Shown piece after piece: positions 1 through 9,799 of a stretch of DNA of 53,642 nucleotides. Source of the stretch: a virus (Duplodnaviria > Caudoviricetes); the IMG/VR virus record IMGVR_UViG_3300008255_000158, positions 1 to 53,642 of that record; one strand, given 5' to 3'. The stretch's first letter is position 1, and each line of letters opens with the position of its first letter. The notes under the pieces are model-generated. The model was not told where the DNA came from, did no database searches, and worked only from the letters and a program-made list of their open reading frames with translations. A program made the position numbers and the translations under genes.

Positions 1-259
1 CAGAGAAGCTTGGGCGGAATCATCCACATTCTCATTTTGGGGCCTCCAAGCCCGTATGTCTTTGCGTTAGAAAGCAACGCGGAGTTTCGTGGGCGCATTC
101 TACATCGGAAATGCCACTTTTGAGTTTTTATAACTGTCCGGGGAGTTGTGAGAGTGGATCGGGTGATTGTGCCGTCGATAATCGAATAATGAGTTATTGT
201 AATTACAAAACATAAAGTGGAAAGTGGTATTGCATAGCGCAGATCGCTTTTACACACAA

Positions 260-420
260 TCAAACGAAAGCCTTATATAGCACATGTGCATGGTGGGTCG
301 TGCGCGCGCGCGAAGCGATTATTCTACTACTTACTACTTATTTAGTAATAATAATAATAATATTGTTTGGTTGCATATAAGGGGACTAGGAGGGGGTTTG
401 GTGTGTTTTTATTGTTCAAG
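260..420. other. AT-rich low-complexity tract in the non-coding region between the divergent arms (possible origin or packaging region)
   Basis: (CG)n run at ~302-312, then TACTACTTACTACTTA and (TAA)n at ~325-362; much lower GC than the rest; no credible ORF. Confidence 0.35.
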
Positions 421-599
421 CGGAAGAACGTCTGTTTTCGTGTTTGCGTCAAAACCCGTCCAGAATCGTCCCCAAAAGTCGGAATTGGATCAGGGTATGC
501 GCCCCTGGACTGATTGGAGAAAAATGGCGTGCTAAAACAGACGTGACTTTGTGGGTTTCGAGCTTTCTTTCTTGGGGTGTAATAACTAAACGGTGATTT

Positions 600-1121
600 A
601 TGACGGTCCTGATTAGTGTCGATCCGTCGATCAAAGACTTTGGCTGGGCGGTGTTTTTGGTCGATGACAAGAGAAAGGTCTGCGGGTATTCAGATAGTGG
701 GTTTATTCGATTCAGCTCTAAGGTGAGTTGGGAAGAGCGGATCGACGAAAGCGTTGATTCGATCGGGGAAGCCACAAAAGGCTGGGGGAAGGGTTCTGGT
801 GGTAGTGGCGGGCTTCTCGGCGCGATTGAGCACCCCGAGCCTTATGCAAGCGCTCGAGGGGAAGCCGCGAAGAACACGGGAGCAACGCTGAAGTTGATGG
901 CCCAGGCCTGGTCGATCCGTGCAGCGATGAGAGCTAACGGCGGTAGAGTGACGATGACGACCCCAACTGGGTGGAAGGGTCAAACGAACAAAGACCACAC
1001 TGCCCGTCGGATGCTCCGTGCTTGGGGCCTCAATTTCGATAATCACAATGAATGTGATGCAGTGGGTATCGGGACTTGGTACATTCGAGAAATTCTCGGC
1101 TATAGACTGACAGGTAGGTAG
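600..1121 (+). CDS. RuvC-like Holliday junction resolvase
   Basis: N-terminal ISVDPS..FGWAV, AIEHP, TPTGWKG and C-terminal HNECDAVGIG match the RuvC-type acidic catalytic layout. Confidence 0.8.
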   Translation: MTVLISVDPSIKDFGWAVFLVDDKRKVCGYSDSGFIRFSSKVSWEERIDESVDSIGEATKGWGKGSGGSGGLLGAIEHPEPYASARGEAAKNTGATLKLMAQAWSIRAAMRANGGRVTMTTPTGWKGQTNKDHTARRMLRAWGLNFDNHNECDAVGIGTWYIREILGYRLTGR

Positions 1122-1176
1122 GTAATCCAGCACAGTGGCCCCCATGAAACCCTCACCTTATCTGTAATGGACCTGG

Positions 1177-1722
1177 TTGATGCCGAAGAAAACGACGAAG
1201 AAAGTGGCGGGCGGCCCAACTAACCCGAGGCGCAACCCGAGGGGTCGACCGAAGGGCGGTAAGCTTGTCACCGATGAGCACATTGCCCAGATGATTGAGT
1301 GGGTAGCTCAGGGTGTTACCCCTTGGAATTTGAAGACGAAGCTCTACAAACTGCTGGGCACTGAAGTGTCGCCATCGTGCTTCAATCGCCAAATGGCGAA
1401 AGTTCGCGCCTACTTGCGGGAGATGTGGACTCGACCTCAGGAGGATATGAGGGTCGAGTCACTATCATTCTATGCAGAGGTGAGGGGCAACAGCCGCGCT
1501 ATGATGCAAGACCGATTGATGGCTGCCTCGCGAATTGATTCTATCCTCGGACTCGACGCTCGATTCACTCAAGGGCTCGGAAACGAGAGCGTTGAAGACT
1601 TCGTCGAGAGAATCAACGACATCCGCCGGGGAATGCGCGAGAGCGTTCCTGCGGCGCCTGAGACCATTCCTGAGCCTCCTGCGGCCAAAAAGCCAGCAGC
1701 TGCCAGGAAGGGAGAGAAGTGA
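1177..1722 (+). CDS. Terminase small subunit (putative)
   Basis: Directly upstream of TerL; basic N-terminal NPRGRPKG motif and helical body. Confidence 0.6.
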   Translation: MMPKKTTKKVAGGPTNPRRNPRGRPKGGKLVTDEHIAQMIEWVAQGVTPWNLKTKLYKLLGTEVSPSCFNRQMAKVRAYLREMWTRPQEDMRVESLSFYAEVRGNSRAMMQDRLMAASRIDSILGLDARFTQGLGNESVEDFVERINDIRRGMRESVPAAPETIPEPPAAKKPAAARKGEK

Positions 1723-1794
1723 AATTATGGGGCCTCAGGTGATAGGCCGATTCCTGGATTCCGTTTCTCTCGTGTTCTCACCTGAGGTCCCGTT

Positions 1795-3174
1795 TTGATC
1801 AAGCCCAAACCCAAGCGGCTATTGAATAACCGCTGGTATCCCCTCAGATACCACAGTAAGCAAGCTGAAATGTCACGCTCGGATGCGCGGTTCATTGTCA
1901 ACGCAAGTGGTCGTAGAAGCGGTAAAACCGAGCTTGTAAAGCGATTGGCGATCCAGCGCGCCATGGACTTCATCAAGTTTGACGACGGTCGCTTTATCTT
2001 CGGTGCCCCTACGATTCCGCAGGCCAGACAGATCTATTGGAATGACCTGAAGCGATTCACCAACATCCCTGGACTACGCCTCAAGGCGCCTAACGAGTCA
2101 CGACTCGAGATCACCCTATTCAACGGGGCTCGACTGCAGGTGCATGGGCTTGATAAGCCAGAACGAGTCGAGGGTGACCCGATTGATGGCATCGTGCTAG
2201 ACGAGTATGGCAATATGAAGCCAAGCGTCTGGGATGAGCACGTTCGACCAGGCCTAGACACTCCCGACCGTGAAGGTTGGGCCATGTTCATTGGGACGCC
2301 TGAGGGTCGAAACCACTACTACAAGATCTACCGAAGAGCTACTACGGATACGACCGGGCGTTGGCAGTCATTTCATTGGCCCAGTTGGGAGATTCTCACA
2401 GAAGAGGCTATTGAGGAGGCCCGTCGAGACCTCGATGAAATGACCTTTAGGCAAGAGTACGGTGGTGAGTTCGTCAATTTCGGCGGACGCGCATACTACT
2501 GCTTCGACCCGGACATTCACGCGACCAGGAGGCTTCCTTACGATCCCGAGAAGCCAATCGCGCTCTGCTTCGACTTCAACGTCTCACCCGGTATTGCAGT
2601 GATTTGCCAGGAGCATCCGACTTATGACTCTCGGGGGAATCAACTCGAGTGGTGTAAGGGGATTCCGAATCTCGACCCAGCTGGTGTTACCTGTGTGATC
2701 GGTGAGGTGTGGATTGACCGCAACTCAAACACCCCAAAAGTATGCAAAGTATTCACGAAGAACTGGAAGAATAAGCACAGAAGCGAGGTTCATTGTTTCG
2801 GTGATGCAACCGGCGGTGCGCGGCATACAAGCCAAACTGAGGGTACTGACTGGGACCTCATCTGGGAGTATCTGAAGCCGGAATTTCCGGGGCGATTGCA
2901 CCTGTATAACAAGCGCTCGAACCCTCCTGAGCGAGTCCGCGTTAATTCCGTGAATTCGCGTCTACAGACAGCCGATGGCTTTGTTCACTGCCTAGTCGAC
3001 CCGTACGAGGCCCCCCACTTGATGGAGGATCTTGATACCGTCACTTGCGATGAAGCCGGCGAGCTTGATAAGAAGACGGATAAAAGACTTACTCATCCCA
3101 GCGACGCTTTCGGTTACTATATCGAAGCTGAGTTCTCGATTGCGGCATCCGAGCTACAGTCAACGGAGTATTGA
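1795..3174 (+). CDS. terL: Terminase large subunit
   Basis: Walker A SGRRSGKT, Walker B IVLDEY, coupling motif FIGTPEG, FRQEY, nuclease CFDFN and C-terminal HPSDAFGY. Confidence 0.95.
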   Translation: MIKPKPKRLLNNRWYPLRYHSKQAEMSRSDARFIVNASGRRSGKTELVKRLAIQRAMDFIKFDDGRFIFGAPTIPQARQIYWNDLKRFTNIPGLRLKAPNESRLEITLFNGARLQVHGLDKPERVEGDPIDGIVLDEYGNMKPSVWDEHVRPGLDTPDREGWAMFIGTPEGRNHYYKIYRRATTDTTGRWQSFHWPSWEILTEEAIEEARRDLDEMTFRQEYGGEFVNFGGRAYYCFDPDIHATRRLPYDPEKPIALCFDFNVSPGIAVICQEHPTYDSRGNQLEWCKGIPNLDPAGVTCVIGEVWIDRNSNTPKVCKVFTKNWKNKHRSEVHCFGDATGGARHTSQTEGTDWDLIWEYLKPEFPGRLHLYNKRSNPPERVRVNSVNSRLQTADGFVHCLVDPYEAPHLMEDLDTVTCDEAGELDKKTDKRLTHPSDAFGYYIEAEFSIAASELQSTEY

Positions 3175-3175
3175 T

Positions 3176-3466
3176 ATGCAAATCCTCACCATTTGCCTCC
3201 TGCTCCTCGTTTTCGCACTTCCTGGCTGCAAAACGGCTATCTCTCCAGAGTGGTCGCCAAGGATCCAGGAAGCTTGCGAGAAGGGGCAGCTTACCATCGG
3301 CATGACTCGCGACCAAGTCAGGTCGTCATGGGGGTATCCCCAGAATCGTCATGTCTTCACAACCAACTCGGTCTCCTATGAGACCTGGGTCTATCACCCC
3401 ACCAGGCGTAGCACCTGGCTTGTTATGTTCGACCCCAGGGGTAGGGTCAGTTCTGTAAGCCAATAG
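3176..3466 (+). CDS. Small lipoprotein, SmpA/BamE-like fold
   Basis: Hydrophobic signal with lipobox LPGC; IGMTRDQVRSSWGYP...ETWVY pattern; ATG at 3176 just after the terL stop. Confidence 0.65.
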   Translation: MQILTICLLLLVFALPGCKTAISPEWSPRIQEACEKGQLTIGMTRDQVRSSWGYPQNRHVFTTNSVSYETWVYHPTRRSTWLVMFDPRGRVSSVSQ

Positions 3467-3475
3467 GAGTGGCCC

Positions 3476-3967
3476 ATGAAGAGCTTTCTCACTTTCATCA
3501 TTCTCGCGGTCTGCGCGCTTCTTCAGGCGTGCCAATCGCCTGGTCAGGGTGCTGCGGCGGGTACGACGATCCCGCAGACGCAGGGAGCGCAGACGGTAGG
3601 CAATGACCAGGGTCAAGCGAGTGCCGCCGAGACCGGCGCTGCGACGACCCAGTCGAATCCCCTCATTTTCAACATCATGGCGGCGAAGACAGTCAACATC
3701 AAGACCGAACCGGGCAAGACGACCGACGTTGCTGTTGTCGGCTCCGACTATGCCGAGGTGAATATATCCGGCGCCGAGTTCGGATTGATGAAGTGGGGCA
3801 GTTACAATTCACTCGATGCCAGTACGTCGAGTGGTGGAGGAGCTGCGGGTGGTGTAGGCGGAGCAGTCAGAGCTCAGGAGGGAGTGTCGTCTTCCGGGAT
3901 CAATCCGACACTGCCTGTCTCGACTCCGCCAACTCCCGCAACCCCGGTCACTCCCCCGGGAAACTGA
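3476..3967 (+). CDS. Lipoprotein, low complexity (Gly/Ala/Thr/Pro-rich)
   Basis: AGGAG RBS; signal peptide MKSFLTFIILAVCALLQAC; Pro/Thr-rich C-terminus. Confidence 0.65.
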   Translation: MKSFLTFIILAVCALLQACQSPGQGAAAGTTIPQTQGAQTVGNDQGQASAAETGAATTQSNPLIFNIMAAKTVNIKTEPGKTTDVAVVGSDYAEVNISGAEFGLMKWGSYNSLDASTSSGGGAAGGVGGAVRAQEGVSSSGINPTLPVSTPPTPATPVTPPGN

Positions 3968-4053
3968 ATGGGACCTCCCTGACGGAGGGAGTCGCCGCGC
4001 CCTTTGGTGGGCGTCTGGCGGGCGGCGGGGAGCGTCCGAATCAGTAGGGAGTA

Positions 4054-4100
4054 GGGGGAGTCGAGCTCGAGGTGTGCGAGCTTGATTCCCCCGTCTTTTT
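4054..4100 (+). terminator. Intrinsic terminator
   Basis: 16-bp stem GGGGGAGTCGAGCTCG / CGAGCTTGATTCCCCC (2 G-U pairs), 7-nt loop, then GTCTTTTT. Confidence 0.75.
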
Positions 4101-4111
4101 GTGAGAGTAAC

Positions 4112-4330
4112 ATGCCCAGAGAACTCGAATTCAAAAACACCAAAGTGGTCATCATTGCCGAGTCGCTCATCCGTGATGCCACTCGGGATGTCAATGCAGT
4201 GAACCCAGTGGTGTTCATCACCTATCCAGACGGCACTACCGGCACTGAACTGGCTATGATTGCCAAAGAGACTGCCTCGGTTGTTCGTGCCGTTGATGAG
4301 CTGGAGAACGAGAATGCCAAGGCCAGTTGA
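4112..4330 (+). CDS. Hypothetical protein
   Basis: 72-aa ORF with codon usage like its neighbours; overlaps the next gene. Confidence 0.55.
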   Translation: MPRELEFKNTKVVIIAESLIRDATRDVNAVNPVVFITYPDGTTGTELAMIAKETASVVRAVDELENENAKAS

Positions 4331-4598
4331 CTTTACCGAAGCCAATTGCATATTTCACGCGCCGGACGATATGCCCGACTGTTCCTCCATTCAAGTGTGG
4401 AAGGGATGTGATGAGCACAAGCAAGAGCTCATCATCGAGGTCTGGGAGTTCACGCCCGAAGAGATCATCGATCTGATGGGGAATGGCAGAGTCTATCTGA
4501 CGGTCCTCGGCGGATCCTTGCCCCCCATCGCGCTCAGCACCGAAAACCCCTTTGTGAAGGTATCCGATGAGCCTGAGAATCCCGATCCGCGGGGCTGA
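4314..4598 (+). CDS. Hypothetical protein
   Basis: PVDFTEAN...W.FTPEE...GRVYLTVLG..LPPI resembles a recurring small phage protein. Confidence 0.6.
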   Translation: MPRPVDFTEANCIFHAPDDMPDCSSIQVWKGCDEHKQELIIEVWEFTPEEIIDLMGNGRVYLTVLGGSLPPIALSTENPFVKVSDEPENPDPRG

Positions 4599-6048
4599 TT
4601 ACCAGCCCAAGTTCCGCGACCTCAAGACCGCTGCAAAGCATATCGCTGACAAGGGCGATTTGAGCTTTGATTCCGGTGGGTGGCCAGATGAGCGAATCGT
4701 CTGGACTGACGGCAGCACGTTCGCCGACTACATTCCACCACTCACCGGCGGCAAGCGGCATGTACTGCCCGCAAATGCCTCTTTAACCGTCCTTCGGGCA
4801 TGTCGTGAGTGGGAGTGTCCCTCGGCTGACAAGTTCGACGCAGTCAGGCAAATCATCGAGGCCACCAGTAATATGGGGGTGATCACCCAACCCGGCTATG
4901 AGAGGCTGAATCACCTCGCCGGGTTGCATCTAGGAGGTCATCAGCCGGCGAACACACCACATCCTGATACTCGGATTGAGTGGTGGCGTGACAACTGGTC
5001 CTCCAATCTGGGGGGCAATCCGAAGAAGGGGTGGTACTTCGGGACATTGCCGGGACGTTCGGCCAATGGCTGGGATAACAACCACTACAATCGATTGCTC
5101 TGGGAGACTGGGGCAATGTGCTTCGAGACGGATCATGAGAAGCGCCAGGGAGCTTGGGCTTTCTACCTTCAGCAGGCAGTCTCGTATGAGGGCTTTGGCC
5201 GGATTCAATCGGGACCGAAGAAGGGCTATTCGCGGACTGAGAAGGGTGATGTCTACGTTGGCCGCGACTCCGGCGGGAACGATGTCACCGCATATGAAAA
5301 GGACTGGGTCCCGAACCTGGTAGGATCGGCTCTTTTGACCGAGCAGGAACTCTTCACGGAGGCTCTGGTCGAAGCCGCTGATTTCTATTCGGCAATCACC
5401 TATCAATGGGGCGGTGCCTGGGGCGCAAGAATTCCTGGTCGAATCCTCGAGAACATGCTTCAGCTTTGGATGGTTTTGCCCACTCATCGCTGGGCTCTCG
5501 AGCGTGAAATGGGCCAGGTGCTCGACCTCCTCCTTCACCAGCTTGACAAGAGCGAGTGGTTCTGGCTCAATCTAGGAAATCGGGGGAAAGGCCCAATGTC
5601 CGGCTGGATGCACTCTGAGGCGGTAGCATCGATCCTTCGGGTGCACGAGCATATCCCGAGCTTGCGTGATCGTGGACCGTCGCGAGCTGATTGCGTCAAG
5701 ATCATGCAGCGAGTCATGGACACTACGAGTGGCATCGAGGGTGGGTCCGAGATGATCAACGGATACGCTTGCTTGAGGTATCGCTTCCACACCAACACCG
5801 GGGAGTCGATGAACGCGGTCTTTGCTGTGAACACTGCTTTTGCGCTTCCCGCCTTGCGACTGTTGCAAGTCGAGATGCCCACCGAGTACGAGAACTGCAA
5901 GGAGTTTGTTCAGCGATTCGCCGGGTCGTCAATCGCTGATGTCCGGGCCGACACACCAGTTCCGCTGGATCAGATCGGCTACCGATTCCCTCGAGAGGGT
6001 CCGGCTTGGACGAAGACAATTCTGGAATGGATCGAAGGCGTCCGCTGA
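4567..6048 (+). CDS. 493-aa Trp-rich helical protein, possible alpha/alpha-toroid polysaccharide lyase or hydrolase
   Basis: Long ORF is solid; function inferred only from motifs WDNNHY, W..NL....LLT, R.PGR.L and WM. Confidence 0.45.
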   Translation: MSLRIPIRGADYQPKFRDLKTAAKHIADKGDLSFDSGGWPDERIVWTDGSTFADYIPPLTGGKRHVLPANASLTVLRACREWECPSADKFDAVRQIIEATSNMGVITQPGYERLNHLAGLHLGGHQPANTPHPDTRIEWWRDNWSSNLGGNPKKGWYFGTLPGRSANGWDNNHYNRLLWETGAMCFETDHEKRQGAWAFYLQQAVSYEGFGRIQSGPKKGYSRTEKGDVYVGRDSGGNDVTAYEKDWVPNLVGSALLTEQELFTEALVEAADFYSAITYQWGGAWGARIPGRILENMLQLWMVLPTHRWALEREMGQVLDLLLHQLDKSEWFWLNLGNRGKGPMSGWMHSEAVASILRVHEHIPSLRDRGPSRADCVKIMQRVMDTTSGIEGGSEMINGYACLRYRFHTNTGESMNAVFAVNTAFALPALRLLQVEMPTEYENCKEFVQRFAGSSIADVRADTPVPLDQIGYRFPREGPAWTKTILEWIEGVR

Positions 6049-6059
6049 AGGGGTAAACT

Positions 6060-7754
6060 ATGGTGAGTCCAGTTAGCAGCACCCGTGGGAAGCACGCAAT
6101 CACGTTGGCCGCCAATGTCGTCAATTCGACGACGGTGGCCTATGACCGTATGACTCGCAGATGGGGACTGCCGGATACGTTGATGGGTGGCACTGTGAGT
6201 ATGCGCGAGGCGGGGGAGAAGTACCTCCCCAAGGAACCCCGCGAACAACAGCGCACTTGGCAGAATCGCTTAAACAGATCAATCCTCTTCAATGCTTACG
6301 AAGATACCCTCAAGAAGGTGTCGGCGAAGCCCTTTGAAGAGCCGATTACCATCAAGAACGAGGAGAAGCTCGATCCCCGACTTTCGAAGCTGCCGAAGAA
6401 CGTGGACATGCAAGGCAACTCGCTGACCCAGTTCGGAAATGCCCTATTCAAGAACGCTCTTCATAGGGGGCTGATCCACGTCTACATCGACTATCCAACG
6501 GTCGACCTCGAGAATCCGCCGACCCTGTCCCAGGAGATCGAGGGAAACATCAGGCCCTACTTTACTCAGGTCGATCCGATTGACCTTCCGGCCTGGCGTT
6601 CTCGAGTGATGCCGTCGGGTGAGCGGATGCTAGCTCAAGTCCGCCTGCTCGAGACTGAGGTCATTCCCGATGGTGACTTCGGTGAGAAGGTGAGAGAGAC
6701 CATCCGAGTCGTCACAGCGCCTGATTGCGATGACCTCGATATCCTTCAGAAGTTCATCGCTCGGGAGATTGACTGGCGTGTCTTCGTTGATCGTGGCGGC
6801 GAGCTTGGTGAAGTGAGAGTGTTCGAGCGGGTTACTCAGAAGGACGAAGACCTGCCCGAAAACAAGCGCTCGAGCTCGAACTTTGAGGATTCGAAGTTCG
6901 AGGAGGTCACCGAGGAGGGTGGAGCTCACACCTATCCTGGAATTCCGCTTAGAACGCTCTATATCAACAAAACGGGGTTCATGACCGCGGAGCCACCTTT
7001 CGAGGACCTTGCCTGGCTGAATCTCGCTCATTGGCAAAGCATGAGCGACCAGCGCAATATCCTCCGATTCGCTCGAGTCGGTATCCTTTTCATGACCGGC
7101 TTGAGCAAGCAGGAAATGGAGAAGGAGCTCGTCGTCGGCCCCACCCAAATGTGGCGCTCGACCAATCCCGAAGCGAAGCTCACTCACGTTGAGCACTCGG
7201 GCGCATCGATTGAAGCGGGTGAGCGTGACCTCAAGGAACTCGAGAGGCGAATGGAAGTGCTCGGACTGCAGCCATTTGTTGAGAGTGCTGGTAACGTGAC
7301 CGCCACTGCTCGATCAATCGATACCAGCAAGGAGCAGGCGGCAATCAAGTCGTGGGTTCGCGGGCTCGAGCTCCTGCTCGAGCAGTGCTTCGAATGCGCG
7401 AGTATCTGGCTCGGCGTTGAACTGCCCGACGACTTCGCCGTGGACGTCTTCAGTGAATTCTCGCTCGGCATGAAGGCAAGCACGGATACCGATCAGCTGA
7501 TCAAGCTCCGCGACCCGATCAATCCCAACATCAGCCACAAGACGCTTATCGCCGAACTCAAGAGACGGGGGCTGCTCAGTGATGATGTCGACTCCGACGA
7601 GGAGATGGAGCGTATAGCTGAAGAGGGAGGGGGAATTGACCGTTTCTTGGAGTCGGGGATCGACCCGGTTACGGGGCTGCCCATTGACCACAGTACCGAT
7701 CACACGAAAGACCCAGTCAAGGAACCCGATCCGGAGCTTCCCGCCGAGGAATAG
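6060..7754 (+). CDS. Portal protein (DUF4055-like)
   Basis: MREAGEKYLPK, RLNRSILFN, PPFEDLAWLNLAHWQSMSD and TAT motifs; lies between terminase and head genes. Confidence 0.9.
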   Translation: MVSPVSSTRGKHAITLAANVVNSTTVAYDRMTRRWGLPDTLMGGTVSMREAGEKYLPKEPREQQRTWQNRLNRSILFNAYEDTLKKVSAKPFEEPITIKNEEKLDPRLSKLPKNVDMQGNSLTQFGNALFKNALHRGLIHVYIDYPTVDLENPPTLSQEIEGNIRPYFTQVDPIDLPAWRSRVMPSGERMLAQVRLLETEVIPDGDFGEKVRETIRVVTAPDCDDLDILQKFIAREIDWRVFVDRGGELGEVRVFERVTQKDEDLPENKRSSSNFEDSKFEEVTEEGGAHTYPGIPLRTLYINKTGFMTAEPPFEDLAWLNLAHWQSMSDQRNILRFARVGILFMTGLSKQEMEKELVVGPTQMWRSTNPEAKLTHVEHSGASIEAGERDLKELERRMEVLGLQPFVESAGNVTATARSIDTSKEQAAIKSWVRGLELLLEQCFECASIWLGVELPDDFAVDVFSEFSLGMKASTDTDQLIKLRDPINPNISHKTLIAELKRRGLLSDDVDSDEEMERIAEEGGGIDRFLESGIDPVTGLPIDHSTDHTKDPVKEPDPELPAEE

Positions 7755-7811
7755 GTGATTCCGTTCCTGCTCCTCGAATTCGCGGCACTCAGGAACCGAA
7801 AGGGGTGAACG

Positions 7812-8897
7812 ATGGGTAGACGAGTCCGGGCAGCCCAATTTCGCACGGTTAACGAGCAGCTATTCGATGACGCCATCATCCATGCTATTCGTCTCGAGCG
7901 ATTCAAGGCTGGCGAAGTGCGAGAGATCGTGGCGATGCTCAAGAACGAGATTATGCCGAGCATCGCTGCAAGACTTGAGTCGAGGATAGCCCGAATCGCC
8001 TCCAGGGGGTTCGATTCGGGCGTTTTCACGACTAACCGTTATAAGGAGATGATCCGGTCAATCAATGCAGTGATTGAGAAGGGCTATGGCGGAATCAGCA
8101 ATACCATTGTCAATGACATGGTCGAACTGGCCCGACTCGAGACAGAGGTGGTGCTGACCAGCCTTAGTCGGGCGATGCCAATCGCAATCAGCTATTCCAC
8201 CCCTTCCTCAGCGGTCCTTAAGGCTCTTGTGACCAACAAGCCGATGGGTAACGTCGGCGTGACCATGAAAGAGGCTCTTAGCGGCCTTTCAAAGGGTGCA
8301 AAGACCATTGTAACCCAGCAGATCAGGGTCGGTATCGGGTCTGGTGAGTCACTCAGTCAGATAGTCCGTCGAGTGAGGGGCGCAACTGGGGCTGAGCAGC
8401 TGTTGAAGCGCCAGGCAACTGCAATCGTGCGGACTTCGATTGCTCATACCTCAAATGCTGCAAGAGAAGAGACCTTCGCGGCCAATAGTGATGTCATCGG
8501 CAAGCTTCAGTACGTTGCCACACTCGATTCACGCACTACGGACATTTGTGCCAGTCTCGATGGTGAGGTGTTTGGCCTATATGAAGGGCCCCGTCCGCCG
8601 ATGCACCATCAGTGTCGGTCGAACATGGTGCCCGTCACGAAAAGCTGGTCTGAGCTTGGTATACCGGGTTTGAAGGAGCTCCCTCCCACGACTCGAGCTG
8701 CGTTGGGTGGGCCAGTGTCCGAGAAGACTGGATACGGTGATTGGATTCAACGCCAGCCCATCAAAATCCAGAATGAGGCCTTGGGAGTTGGAAGAGCCCA
8801 ATTGTTGCGGTCTGGCAGAGTGAGTATCAGTCAGTTCACTGATAGTCAGTACAGACCACTGAGCCTCAAGCAATTGACAGCACTCGCAAATTCATGA
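7812..8897 (+). CDS. Minor head protein (SPP1 gp7 / Mu F family)
   Basis: YVATLDSRTTDICASLDG and PPMHHQCRS motifs. Confidence 0.9.
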   Translation: MGRRVRAAQFRTVNEQLFDDAIIHAIRLERFKAGEVREIVAMLKNEIMPSIAARLESRIARIASRGFDSGVFTTNRYKEMIRSINAVIEKGYGGISNTIVNDMVELARLETEVVLTSLSRAMPIAISYSTPSSAVLKALVTNKPMGNVGVTMKEALSGLSKGAKTIVTQQIRVGIGSGESLSQIVRRVRGATGAEQLLKRQATAIVRTSIAHTSNAAREETFAANSDVIGKLQYVATLDSRTTDICASLDGEVFGLYEGPRPPMHHQCRSNMVPVTKSWSELGIPGLKELPPTTRAALGGPVSEKTGYGDWIQRQPIKIQNEALGVGRAQLLRSGRVSISQFTDSQYRPLSLKQLTALANS

Positions 8898-9001
8898 ATT
8901 TGGTAGCCGTGCGGTTACTTGCTTGTCACATAGATTTTGGTCGTAAGCTTTAGGACGGGATGTCCGTTCCGGCGCGGGACGCAAAGGAGTTAGTCAATAC
9001 C

Positions 9002-9799
9002 ATGCCATTTGATGCACTGATTTCCGCCGAGCAGCACGGGACTCTTCCCGATGTCGTGAAGGCGGAGTACAAGAAGCGCGAGGACGGGATGTTCTTGCTG
9101 CAGGTCAACGAAGTCAGCGGATTCGGTCTCGAGAATGTGACCGGAATCAAGAAGGCGCTTTCCACCGAGCGAAAGCTCAGGGAAACCGCTGAGGCCAAGG
9201 TCTCCCAGTTCAAGGACATCGATGCTGAAGCAGCGCGGGATGCGCTGGCGAAGGTTGCCGAGATGGACGGGTGGGACAAGGACACGAAGACGAAAGAGCT
9301 CGTCGAGCAGGCGACTCGCAAGCTGAGCGAAAAGCACAAGACCGAACTCACCCAGAAGGAGCAACGTGAAACACAGCTCATGGGTGCGCTCGAGGGTGCT
9401 CTGATCGAGTCGGCAGCGACCGCGGCGATTGTAGAACACAGTGGCAACGTCGATCTGCTCCTGCCCATCGTTCGCAAGTATGCGAAGGTCGAGGAGAAGG
9501 ACGGCAAGTTCGAAGTCCGCGTCCTCGACGACGATGGAACCAACCGAATTACCAGTAAGACGGGCTCGACTGACCCGATGGGTATCGGTGACTTCGTGTC
9601 CACGGTGCTGAAGACTGACAAGCGGTATCAACCCGCTTTCGTTGGATCGCAGAACAGTGGTGCTGGCGTCAAGCCCAAGGGGGGCAAGGACACTAGCGCT
9701 GATCGGGATCGGCGTGAGGGAGACGCTCCAGCAACTCTCAACCCGGTTGAAAGGCTCCGGCAGGCGCGTGAGCAGGCAGCTCAAACGTCGGACGAGTAG
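9002..9799 (+). CDS. Capsid scaffolding protein
   Basis: AAGGAG RBS before ATG 9002; charged coiled coil; C-terminal SGAG; immediately before the capsid gene. Confidence 0.8.
   Translation: MPFDALISAEQHGTLPDVVKAEYKKREDGMFLLQVNEVSGFGLENVTGIKKALSTERKLRETAEAKVSQFKDIDAEAARDALAKVAEMDGWDKDTKTKELVEQATRKLSEKHKTELTQKEQRETQLMGALEGALIESAATAAIVEHSGNVDLLLPIVRKYAKVEEKDGKFEVRVLDDDGTNRITSKTGSTDPMGIGDFVSTVLKTDKRYQPAFVGSQNSGAGVKPKGGKDTSADRDRREGDAPATLNPVERLRQAREQAAQTSDE

Noticed and set aside
284-535. 83-aa ORF with poly-Asn
   Set aside because: Translation of the (TAA)n/(TAC)n low-complexity tract; atypical composition and no RBS
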